64,000 bases of DNA from Candidatus Latescibacterota bacterium. GTDB lineage: Bacteria; Latescibacterota; UBA2968. The stretch lies in NCBI GenBank assembly GCA_965208125.1, contig OZ242320.1, forward strand, positions 4,416,001 through 4,480,000, given 5' to 3'. This document shows, in pieces, positions 55,634 to 64,000 of the stretch. The position numbers and the translations under genes were made by a program. The number at the start of each line of letters is the position of its first letter. Position 1 is the stretch's first letter. The notes under the pieces are model-generated. The model was not told where the DNA came from. It was given only the letters and a program-made list of their open reading frames with translations, and made no database searches.

Positions 55634-55852
55634 TCAACGGTGATATGCTCGCAAAGACAAACGCTTTCGCGGTCGTTGGAAGCCTGTGGGGTTTTCAGAT
55701 ACACTAACGTCATTGCGCATCTTGCGGCTGAGCTTGCGAATTAGATGAACACCCCACCAGATTATCGCCCCGATTACGGCCAGTACCATCCCTATGCTGC
55801 GACCACTGGCACTTTCAAGGGTCTTAAGCAAACTGTTAATCAGATCTTCCAC
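55634..55852 (-). CDS. Small single-TM hypothetical protein
   Basis: Fills the gap between purC and the TPR gene; one hydrophobic helix followed by a basic tail. Confidence 0.55.
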   Translation of the reverse strand: MEDLINSLLKTLESASGRSIGMVLAVIGAIIWWGVHLIRKLSRKMRNDVSVSENPTGFQRPRKRLSLRAYHR

Positions 55853-55867
55853 TGTTGATCGCTTCTT

Positions 55868-56833
55868 TTAAAAGTACGGCGCAATATTGTTTTCGATGCG
55901 CTCGAGTATGGGCGTATCATCCACTTCGGTTTCAAATGGTTCGCCTGTTACGCGCTCGAACAGGTCGATGTATCGCGCGGAGACTTGTGTGCGAATTTCG
56001 TCATCCAATTCGGGAATATTATCGTCGGAAATTCCCTTATCCACGAGCCAGAGACGCAAAAATTCTTTGTCCAGGCTTTCGGGTTCTTCGCCACGCGCAT
56101 GGAGGTCTTCATAAGAGTCCAGGATCCAGTAGCGCGAAGAGTCGGGCGTGTGAATCTCATCGGCAACGGTCAGATTGCCCTCTGGGTCCAGTCCCATTTC
56201 GTATTTTGTATCCACGAGAATCAAACCGCGCTGTGCTGCCAGTTCTGTACCGCGGGCGAATAATTCCAGAGCTACTTTCTCGACTTCTGCCCATCTTTCT
56301 GCATCGACCAGACCGCGTTCGACAATTTCCTCTGGCGAGATCGATTCGTCGTGATCTTCTGCTTTTGTGGTCGGCGTAATAATCGCTTCCTCAAATTTTT
56401 GATTTTTCACCATGCCATCGGGCAAATCTACGCCGCAGAATTTCCGTACACCGTTATTGTAATTCGTCCATACCGAGGTGTCTGTGCTGCCGGTCAGGTA
56501 CCGCCGCACGACGATTTCGACGAGTAACATATCGAGTTCTCGCGCAACCGTCACATTGGGGTCGGGTACGTCGAGCACCTGATTGGGTACGATATCTGCG
56601 GTCTGATCAAACCAGTATTTTGCCGTTTTGTTCAATACCTGTCCCTTCAGGGGGATCGCACCGAGTACATGGTCAAACGCACTTTGTCGATCTGTGGTGA
56701 TGAGAATGCGCTTGTCTTCGAGCAGATAGATGTCCCGCACTTTCCCCTTTTGGTAATGATTCGACCAACGGTCAAATTTTGCTTCCAACAAACAGTTATT
56801 CAGTTGTGAACGGATTTGTGCTTGAGAGATCAT
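55868..56833 (-). CDS. purC: Phosphoribosylaminoimidazole-succinocarboxamide (SAICAR) synthase
   Basis: GKVRDIY, TDRQSAFD, IPLKGQVLN, LVDTKYEMG, DEIHTPDSSRYW, DKEFLR. Confidence 0.95.
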   Translation of the reverse strand: MISQAQIRSQLNNCLLEAKFDRWSNHYQKGKVRDIYLLEDKRILITTDRQSAFDHVLGAIPLKGQVLNKTAKYWFDQTADIVPNQVLDVPDPNVTVARELDMLLVEIVVRRYLTGSTDTSVWTNYNNGVRKFCGVDLPDGMVKNQKFEEAIITPTTKAEDHDESISPEEIVERGLVDAERWAEVEKVALELFARGTELAAQRGLILVDTKYEMGLDPEGNLTVADEIHTPDSSRYWILDSYEDLHARGEEPESLDKEFLRLWLVDKGISDDNIPELDDEIRTQVSARYIDLFERVTGEPFETEVDDTPILERIENNIAPYF

Positions 56834-56869
56834 GAATACACTCCTTGGAAAAAATTATTTATGGTTGCT

Positions 56870-58858
56870 TTAAGCCGCGCGGAAATGTACGGCGTGGCCC
56901 CTTTCTGGAAACCAGATTATATCCAGCATCATCGACAGGGCTACGCCCAGGACATAGCCGACGAGCAAACCGATGAAAAAGGGACGCGATTTGTGATAGA
57001 CAGAGGGACCGCCCACTTTGAGCATCACCAGCTTAATCAGCCAGGCGATAAATAATGTGAAACTGCTGGCGCGAATCAATGGCGTTCCAGAAAGCGCGAG
57101 GCCCACCGGGTGCAGGGGCCACCACACAAACCGATGGCGCATAAAAATGAGGCCAACCATCGCCAAGCCGCCTATGCCGAAAAAGGCCAGATTTTCGGGG
57201 TTATCCACGTAAAAGGGCGGATTGTCGGCATTCTTGACCGCGTTGGCGGAATTCCTAAAATAATTGCGCGCGCTTCTGGGAATCTCGGCGACATTAAAAT
57301 TAAACGCGCCTTCATTATAGCCCAGGTTCAAAGTGAGAAAGATGCTCGTCACAAAACTTACCGCAAAAGCCATATAAAGCGCGGCTATCAATTTGCGGCG
57401 GTTATCGGTGATGCCTTCAGACAACTTACCGACCTGTGCGGTCGCTGGTAAAAACAAGCCTTTGGCATTTCCCGTAATCAAATTGGCAAAGCGAAACGCC
57501 ACATGTGTGGTGGGTGGAATCCCGACATTACCGAAAAAGGGCGCCACATAATTCCACGCAATTCCCGGTATCTGTGTGTAGGGCATGCCAGTGTCTGACA
57601 GAATTTTCGCCATCCCAATATATCCACACACACACGCCATCAGCAGAAGGGCACTGATGATGGGATCCATGTTCATCTGCATCATCCAGATAAACAAAAA
57701 CGCGAGGCCCGCCACCACACCGACCACGGCGGCGCGATAGGACAATAGCTCATCGCGGTCATCTATGCTGTCGTCTTTGCCAAGGGCTTTCATTATCACA
57801 TCTCGCAAATGCAGTCGCGCTACCCAGAACATCGAAATCACCAGCACGACAAACGCTCCGCGCGTCTGCCATTGGTACACGCCGCGATAGGCAGCAGGGA
57901 CCATGGATTTATATCCCAACTTATTGAGCCAGCCGCCTTCGACAATGAAGAGGAGATCGAATACCCACAAACTGAGCAACACATCAAGGCTGGCAAAATA
58001 AGAAAAGAAGATGGAAAACAAGCCCACCGATGCCCGAATGCGCGGGAATTGAGGATCTATGATATGCCATCTGCCGCCGTGAATGGGAAAGCGCGGGAAA
58101 TTTGGCAAAAAATAATTGATACAATTCCAGGCGATCATGCAAAATGCCAGGGCGAATCCAATCCAGAACAGGCGATTGTACATAAAGCCCGGCAATGCGC
58201 ATTTATCGCCTCCCGGTTCGGACATCATATTGATCAGAGGGGCCATGGCCGGATATGCCAGGCGTTCGTTTTGCACCCACTGTTTTCTAAAGATGACGCC
58301 TATACAGACCAGTACCACAAATGCCGCCGTAAAGGCCATGAACCACCAGAACAGCGGCAGAACCCATATATCCCAGGGGATGGGTGCGCCTTCGGGACGG
58401 CCTTCAAAAAACCAGGCGATTCCATTGCCATCATTGGTGGGGATTAAAAAATCGGGCAGATGTGGGTGCAGTAATTCGGCCCAGTTGTTGTCTTCGGTTG
58501 CATAAAAATAAGGCGCGGAAATATACCCGATCAAAAATCCTGTACTGCCCCAGATCGGCATGGTTGCACCCACGAGGCCCATCGACAAAATTGTGTGCCA
58601 TTCTCCGGATTGAAGTGAGAATCGCGCAAGCCTGCCCATTATTGCGATCGCGATGAGCATGGTAATAAACACGATGAGCATGGCCATTGGAATGTGCGAT
58701 AGTACCATGCGCGAGCCGTGATAATAAAACCGAACATAGACCGCTATCACATCCAGCAGTACCACCAGGAGCAGCCCCAGACCGATGGCCCGCGGCGTAA
58801 TACCCCCGCGAGGGGATTGTTCGGCCTCGCGTTCAATATTTGGTACTTGTGTTGCCAT
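56870..58858 (-). CDS. Polytopic membrane protein, DUF6785/DUF6784-like (paralog of 18997-20952)
   Basis: RKQWVQNERLAYP, FWIGF, WWPLHPVG, YHKSRPFFIG. Confidence 0.75.
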   Translation of the reverse strand: MATQVPNIEREAEQSPRGGITPRAIGLGLLLVVLLDVIAVYVRFYYHGSRMVLSHIPMAMLIVFITMLIAIAIMGRLARFSLQSGEWHTILSMGLVGATMPIWGSTGFLIGYISAPYFYATEDNNWAELLHPHLPDFLIPTNDGNGIAWFFEGRPEGAPIPWDIWVLPLFWWFMAFTAAFVVLVCIGVIFRKQWVQNERLAYPAMAPLINMMSEPGGDKCALPGFMYNRLFWIGFALAFCMIAWNCINYFLPNFPRFPIHGGRWHIIDPQFPRIRASVGLFSIFFSYFASLDVLLSLWVFDLLFIVEGGWLNKLGYKSMVPAAYRGVYQWQTRGAFVVLVISMFWVARLHLRDVIMKALGKDDSIDDRDELLSYRAAVVGVVAGLAFLFIWMMQMNMDPIISALLLMACVCGYIGMAKILSDTGMPYTQIPGIAWNYVAPFFGNVGIPPTTHVAFRFANLITGNAKGLFLPATAQVGKLSEGITDNRRKLIAALYMAFAVSFVTSIFLTLNLGYNEGAFNFNVAEIPRSARNYFRNSANAVKNADNPPFYVDNPENLAFFGIGGLAMVGLIFMRHRFVWWPLHPVGLALSGTPLIRASSFTLFIAWLIKLVMLKVGGPSVYHKSRPFFIGLLVGYVLGVALSMMLDIIWFPERGHAVHFRAA

Positions 58859-58883
58859 TCGGTGTTCCTTAAAAAAAATTCAG

Positions 58884-59003
58884 CGAATCAACGAATCAAC
58901 GAACTCCACCCATCCCCCCAAAGGCAGTGTGCATTGCCATTCGTCTATTCGTCTATGAACTGACCTGAGAGGCGGCCAGTTGTACCCCGCTCCGTCTATT
59001 CGC
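58884..59003. repeat. Intergenic octamer tandem repeats in roughly inverted orientation
   Basis: (CGAATCAA)x2+ at 58884-58904; (ATTCGTCT)x2 at 58939-58954; further copy at 58993-59003. Confidence 0.65.
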
Positions 59004-59008
59004 GCTTT

Positions 59009-59743
59009 TTACAGTGCGTGTCCGCGTAAAACCTCGCGGCATTGTCCCTCACTATTGCCCGTCACATTATAGGCAAAAGTATTCATGCGGCGATCTCGAT
59101 GCGATGTGTTTGGTCCCGATCCGTGAATGGTCAAGGCACTGAAAAACACGCCATCACCCGGTTCCATCGGAACGGGCACCGCGTCTTCTCGCTCGCGATA
59201 GTGCCCCGGCAAAAATACGCCAAAACTCATTTGTGCACGTTCGTGTTCTTGCAGACCCCATTTCTGGCTGCCGGGGATGAACTGAATACATCCATTTTCA
59301 TCATCTGCGCCGTCAATGGCGAGTTGACAATTTACCATCAAGGGCCGATTGTCTTCGCGTTTCCAATACGCGTAATCCTGATGCCAGGGTATTGCCGTGC
59401 CATCGCGCGCGGCTTTCATCAATAGCTTGCTGTGATACAATGAGATATTCGGCCCGATCAGTGTCTCTATAATATCCAACATATCATCGCAGCGCAATGC
59501 GCGATTTAACCCCTCGCAGATCACTTCGCTGTGCATCAACTGTCGGATGCGCCTGGGCAGGTGTTCATCCTCAAATTCTTCCCATGAGATTCCGACTCTG
59601 TCGGGCGTGTTTTCTGCCATTCGCTCGTGCAAGTCCGCAATTTCGCGTTCGATATGCGAAATTTCACAGGATGGAATCAATCCCTTTTTCAACACATATC
59701 CGTTTTTGTCGTAAAATGCCTTTTCTGCATCCGTTAGCCCCAT
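59009..59743 (-). CDS. Phytanoyl-CoA dioxygenase (PhyH) family Fe(II)/2OG enzyme
   Basis: FYDKNGY, PWHQD (HxD), ENGCIQFIPGS, HGSGPN; AAGGAG RBS before ATG 59743. Confidence 0.9.
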   Translation of the reverse strand: MGLTDAEKAFYDKNGYVLKKGLIPSCEISHIEREIADLHERMAENTPDRVGISWEEFEDEHLPRRIRQLMHSEVICEGLNRALRCDDMLDIIETLIGPNISLYHSKLLMKAARDGTAIPWHQDYAYWKREDNRPLMVNCQLAIDGADDENGCIQFIPGSQKWGLQEHERAQMSFGVFLPGHYREREDAVPVPMEPGDGVFFSALTIHGSGPNTSHRDRRMNTFAYNVTGNSEGQCREVLRGHAL

Positions 59744-59882
59744 TGGACACTCCTTTGTAGTTTCAACCAGCATCTAATTTACAAATTATGACACGCTCTT
59801 GCAAAATCAATTATATTTATAGGGTGGAAATTAGAAATAGGGAACAGAAAGAGAATGATTAACGTCATAATAAACTGATGTG

Positions 59883-59911
59883 TTTTACCCCATGTATGCT
59901 CTGGGGTAAAA
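59883..59911. promoter_or_regulatory. Perfect 10-bp inverted repeat in a divergent promoter region (possible operator or hairpin)
   Basis: TTTTACCCCA-9 bp-TGGGGTAAAA. Confidence 0.45.
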
Positions 59912-59975
59912 TTATGTTAGAGAAAAAACCGACCTTTTTTCACCGCCCAATTGGGCACTAAAATAAGGAAAGCCG

Positions 59976-62132
59976 ATGAAAATACGTATTCTTTTTGCTT
60001 TGTTGTTCTGTATCTCTCTTTTGGGAAGTATTTCCGAGGCGTCTGATTGGACGCACTGGCGCGGTCCCATGCAAACTGGTGCTTCGCCGGAGACAGGACT
60101 CGTTTCCTCCTGGTCTCTTGATGGAGAAAATTTGATCTGGCGTCGCGAGTTTATCGGCAGATCTACACCGATTATTGTAAATGGTCGGGTCTATGTTATC
60201 GGGCGAACCGGTGAAGACATAACCGAGCAGGAGCACATCGCGTGTTTTGATGCGGAAACAGGCGATCTCTTATGGGAAAAAAAGTTCAATGTCTGGCATT
60301 CGACCATAACCTTCAATCGTCTGGGATGGGCAAGCCTGGGGGCCGATGGCGAGACCGGTAATATTTACGCCCATCTCGTCAGTGGATTATTGATCTGTTT
60401 TGATACCGATGGCTATGTCCAATGGCAGCGGTCTCTAACCGAAGAATTTAACCGATTCTCCGGTTATGGCGGGCGGTTGCACACGCCTGTTGTAGATGGC
60501 GATCTGGTCATCATCAGCATGGGCAATCGCGGATGGGCCGGCGCACCGCCTTCTCATCGGTATGTTGCCTTTAATAAACATACGGGTGAGACCGCTTGGA
60601 TGGCTCGTCCAGGTGGTGGTGGACAGGTTGATTTAACCGTTTACTCAACGCCTGTTGTCACGACAATTGACGGGCAGCGCGTGTTGGTTGCCGGCAATGG
60701 CAATGGCGGCATTTTTGCCTTTAAAGTCGCAACGGGCGAAAAAGTATGGGGTTTTCCATTCAGTAAGCGCGGCATCAACACCTCGCCTGTCGTGGCTGAC
60801 AATCGCGTTTATGTCGCACACAGCGAAGAAAATGTCGATAATACCTCTCTTGGTCGCGTTGCGTGTTTGGATGCGCGCACGGGCAAAGAAATCTGGCGAC
60901 AAGACGGTATGACCGCGGGCTATGCTTCGCCAGCAGTCCACGCGGGGCGCGTCTATGTTATAGACAATTCGGCCAATGTGCATTGTCTGGACGCCAAAAC
61001 GGGTAAGCAATATTGGGAGCAAAATATCGGCACTGTGGGCAAGGGATCGCCGACCTGGGCCGATGGCAAACTCTATGTTACTGAAGTCAATGGCGGCTTC
61101 CAGATTCTTAAAGCGGGAAATATGAGCGCGGAAGTGCTCGACAAAAAGAAAATCGCAATGCCCGAGGGCGGGCATGCCGAGATCTACGGATCAGTCGCTG
61201 TTGCATATCGCCGCATCTATTTTGCGACGGAAGCCGGGTTGTTTTGCCTGGGCGATAAAAACGCGCGCTTTGAAGTCACATCTTCTCCTCATACAAAGCA
61301 CGAAAGCGCGCCTTCGGGTGCCGAACCCGCATCTATTCTTTCTATTCCAGCTGAGGCGACCATACAACAGGGCGAGGTATTGCCCCTGCGGGCAGAGGCT
61401 TATGATGAGAAGGGATGCTTGATCGGCAATGCCGACGCCGAGTGGTCGTTGAATGGTCTGGATGGAGAAATAAAGAATAATCAGTTTATACCATCCCGGG
61501 CGGGACAGGGCGGCTGGATCACGGTCAAACTCGATGAATTAACCCGCCAGACATGGGTGCGCGTGGTGCCCGATGTGCCCTGGACAGAGGATTTTGAAAA
61601 TATCGAAGTCGGCACAAATCCATTGCACTGGGTGTGGGGAGGCAGGGGTTTTGTGGTGGAGGAAAAAGATGGCAATAAGGTGCTGGCAAAACCTCCGGCT
61701 GCACGCGGCTTAGATCGCTCAAATCTCTATGTGGCGCCGTACAAGCTCAGTGGCTATACTATTCAGGCCGATCTTATGGGCACGCAAAACAAGCGGCGGC
61801 GTCCCGATATGGGGCTTATAGCGCATCGTTATATCCTCGACCTTCAGGGCATTCATCAACGCCTTGAAGTGCGATCGTGGTCGTCGGATTTGCGCATGGC
61901 AAAACGCATTGATTTTAGCTGGGACATGGGGGTGTGGTACACCATGAAAATGAGAGTTGATATCGAAGGTGGTAAAGCCATTGTTCGGGGCAAAGTTTGG
62001 GAAAAAGGCAATCCCGAACCCGATGCGTGGAGTATCGAAGTAGAGGATCCCCTGCCTATAGAAGAGGGCAGCCCCGCGCTTTATGGCTATTCACCTGCCA
62101 CGATTTACTACGATAATGTGAAACTTTGGTAA
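59976..62132 (+). CDS. Exported PQQ-binding-like beta-propeller with C-terminal Ig-like and beta-sandwich domains
   Basis: Signal peptide, WTHWRGP, CFDAETG/CLDARTG blades, about 290-aa C-terminal extension. Confidence 0.82.
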   Translation: MKIRILFALLFCISLLGSISEASDWTHWRGPMQTGASPETGLVSSWSLDGENLIWRREFIGRSTPIIVNGRVYVIGRTGEDITEQEHIACFDAETGDLLWEKKFNVWHSTITFNRLGWASLGADGETGNIYAHLVSGLLICFDTDGYVQWQRSLTEEFNRFSGYGGRLHTPVVDGDLVIISMGNRGWAGAPPSHRYVAFNKHTGETAWMARPGGGGQVDLTVYSTPVVTTIDGQRVLVAGNGNGGIFAFKVATGEKVWGFPFSKRGINTSPVVADNRVYVAHSEENVDNTSLGRVACLDARTGKEIWRQDGMTAGYASPAVHAGRVYVIDNSANVHCLDAKTGKQYWEQNIGTVGKGSPTWADGKLYVTEVNGGFQILKAGNMSAEVLDKKKIAMPEGGHAEIYGSVAVAYRRIYFATEAGLFCLGDKNARFEVTSSPHTKHESAPSGAEPASILSIPAEATIQQGEVLPLRAEAYDEKGCLIGNADAEWSLNGLDGEIKNNQFIPSRAGQGGWITVKLDELTRQTWVRVVPDVPWTEDFENIEVGTNPLHWVWGGRGFVVEEKDGNKVLAKPPAARGLDRSNLYVAPYKLSGYTIQADLMGTQNKRRRPDMGLIAHRYILDLQGIHQRLEVRSWSSDLRMAKRIDFSWDMGVWYTMKMRVDIEGGKAIVRGKVWEKGNPEPDAWSIEVEDPLPIEEGSPALYGYSPATIYYDNVKLW

Positions 62133-62164
62133 TCTTCATAAACCCTTACAGGTAAAGGAATAAA

Positions 62165-63592
62165 ATGAAATTGAAACGACTTTTTAGCGGATGTGTTATC
62201 GTTGGTTTGATCGTATCGACTGGTATTGCCGAAGAGGTTATGTGGGGATTTACTCCAGATCGCAACCTCGTGTCAGACGCAAAAAATTTGCCGATGAACT
62301 GGAATGTAGAAACGGGTGAAAATATCGCTTGGAAAGCAGATCTCGGTTCGCAGTCCTACGCCGGTCCCATCAGGATTGGTGGCAAAATATTTATGGGGAC
62401 AAATAATCAGATTGAGCGCAATCCCAAAATTACGGGTGACAAGGGCGTAATCATGGCTTTTCAGGAATCCGATGGAAAATTTCTCTGGCAAGCAGCGCAT
62501 CCCAAGCTGCCCGCGGGGCGCGTCAATGACTGGCCACAACAGGGCATTTGCTCCACGCCTTATATTAGCGGAGATCGGATGTATTATATCTCGAATCAAT
62601 GTCGCGTAGTGTGCGCGGATACAGAGGGTTTTTTGGATGGGGAAAATGACGGTCCATATACCGGAGAAGAGGATACGAGCGATATCGGTGTGGATATTAT
62701 CTGGGAATACGACATGATGGAAGAACTGGATGTGTTCCCTCACAATCTGGCGACCTGTTCGCCCGTGGGAGCGGGCAATCTCCTGTTTGTCATCACCGCT
62801 AATGGTGTTGACGAGGGTCACATTGCCATCCCTTCGCCTCTGTCGCCCAGCTTTATTGCGGTCGATCTCAATACGGGGGAACTGGTTTGGGAAAAAGCCT
62901 ATCCCGGTGAAAGTATCTTGCACGGGCAGTGGTCCAATCCCGCTTATGGTATTATCAATGGCAAGCCGCAAGTGATCTGCCCTGGGGGCGATGGCTGGGT
63001 TTATTCAGTAGAACCCGCGACCGGCGACCTGATCTGGAAATTTGACTGCAATCCAAAAGACTCTGTATGGGAGTTGGGCGGGCGCGGTACGCGCAATGCG
63101 ATTATCTCCACTCCAGTTATTTACGATAACAAGGTTTTTATCGGCGTTGGGCAAGACCCGGAGCACGGCGAGGGCATTGGACACCTGTGGGCTATTGACG
63201 CGACGGGTACAGGGGATGTGACGGGAAGCCATGCAGTGTGGCATTTTGGCAATGAAAATTATAACCGTACCATTTCAACGGTGGGCATCAGCGATGGCCT
63301 GCTCTATGCAGCAGATCTGAGTGGCTTTGTCTATTGTCTCGATCTGAAAACCGGTACACAGCACTGGAAATACGATACATTTGCCGCGATATGGGGATCG
63401 CCTTTTGTGGCTGACGGGAAGGTGTACATTGGCGATGAAGATGGCGATGTGGCGATTTTGAAAGCCGGAACACAATTTGAATTGATCAACGAAATCAATA
63501 TGGGTAGCGCCGTATATACCACGCCTATTGCAAAAGATGGCATGCTCTACATTGGCACGCGCAATACGCTGTATGCGATTAAGGGCGAGTAG
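62165..63592 (+). CDS. Exported PQQ-binding-like beta-propeller protein
   Basis: Signal peptide, WNVETGENIAW, DLKTG..W blades, ADGKVYIGDEDG. Confidence 0.82.
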   Translation: MKLKRLFSGCVIVGLIVSTGIAEEVMWGFTPDRNLVSDAKNLPMNWNVETGENIAWKADLGSQSYAGPIRIGGKIFMGTNNQIERNPKITGDKGVIMAFQESDGKFLWQAAHPKLPAGRVNDWPQQGICSTPYISGDRMYYISNQCRVVCADTEGFLDGENDGPYTGEEDTSDIGVDIIWEYDMMEELDVFPHNLATCSPVGAGNLLFVITANGVDEGHIAIPSPLSPSFIAVDLNTGELVWEKAYPGESILHGQWSNPAYGIINGKPQVICPGGDGWVYSVEPATGDLIWKFDCNPKDSVWELGGRGTRNAIISTPVIYDNKVFIGVGQDPEHGEGIGHLWAIDATGTGDVTGSHAVWHFGNENYNRTISTVGISDGLLYAADLSGFVYCLDLKTGTQHWKYDTFAAIWGSPFVADGKVYIGDEDGDVAILKAGTQFELINEINMGSAVYTTPIAKDGMLYIGTRNTLYAIKGE

Positions 63593-63605
63593 AAGGGGTC
63601 ACAAT

Positions 63606-64000
63606 ATGGAAGTTCTGGCAACACCAGCGGTCGATAAGGTCAAAGAAGCGCGCGATATCCTTGACGCCCAGGTGCGAGATATGGTCGCCTGGCATTTTAA
63701 TCCCAATACGGGATGTCCGTTCTGGCTGGAATTTGCGGCGGAACTGGATTTTGATCCGCGGCGGGAGATCGGCGGGTACAGCGATTTGAAATATCTCGGG
63801 CATTTCCAGGACGAATGGCTGCGCGGTGGCCCCGTGCGGCGATGGATCCCGAGGGGTAGCGAGGGGCAGCGGACTTATGTCTTTGAGACGGGTGGCTCAA
63901 CAGGGGTTCCCAAATATCGGATCAGCCAAAACGATTTTCAGATCGACTACGAAATGTTTAGCGAGCACCTTTCTGAAGAAACATTTCCGAAGGGGGCGGA
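63606..64000 (+). CDS. EhpF-like adenylate-forming (ANL/LuxE-like) enzyme, 5' part (runs off the window end)
   Basis: Not in ORF track. Manual translation MEVLATPAV...WHFNPNTGCPFWLE..LDFDPRRE...VFETGGSTGVPK (ANL P-loop). Confidence 0.7.
   Translation, partial: MEVLATPAVDKVKEARDILDAQVRDMVAWHFNPNTGCPFWLEFAAELDFDPRREIGGYSDLKYLGHFQDEWLRGGPVRRWIPRGSEGQRTYVFETGGSTGVPKYRISQNDFQIDYEMFSEHLSEETFPKGA

Overview
Gene-dense bacterial chromosomal segment. No rRNA, tRNA, CRISPR array, integrase or transposase was recognised. The gene repertoire (many Gfo/Idh/MocA oxidoreductases, PhyH dioxygenases, PQQ-like beta-propellers, DUF6785-like membrane proteins) resembles marine or sponge-associated Latescibacterota/Poribacteria-like genomes; this is inference only. 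Main blocks: (1) 1-18.6 kb, a long minus-strand run. It includes a compact cobalamin-dependent methyl-transfer cluster (MtaA/CmuA-type methyltransferase, corrinoid protein, RACo/RamA activator with an extra Cys-rich N-terminal module, stand-alone homocysteine methyltransferase, and an unknown protein with a duplicated FxCGxxH motif), two serine hydrolases and a PQQ-like propeller between two close Gfo/Idh/MocA paralogs, uppP, a cN-III-like nucleotidase and ogt. (2) 19-24 kb, a membrane protein/DUF3604/TIM-barrel operon. (3) 24.9-34.9 kb, a co-oriented defence/toxin-antitoxin island directly downstream of dxs: ABC-ATPase plus PIN pair, HEPN-like protein, 2-TM protein, Type IIG-like R-M enzyme, PD-(D/E)XK nuclease, large PIN-DUF433 fusion, DUF5615/DUF433. 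(4) 35-59 kb, catabolic and housekeeping genes (dxs, slt-like, GlmU-like, UvrD with a degenerate exonuclease insert, lpxH, glpK, purC). (5) Two exported PQQ-like propellers followed by a truncated EhpF-like adenylating enzyme. Several intergenic spacers are mosaics of short tandem repeats and GTAG-footed REP-like hairpins. All product calls come from motif recognition by eye, not database searches.
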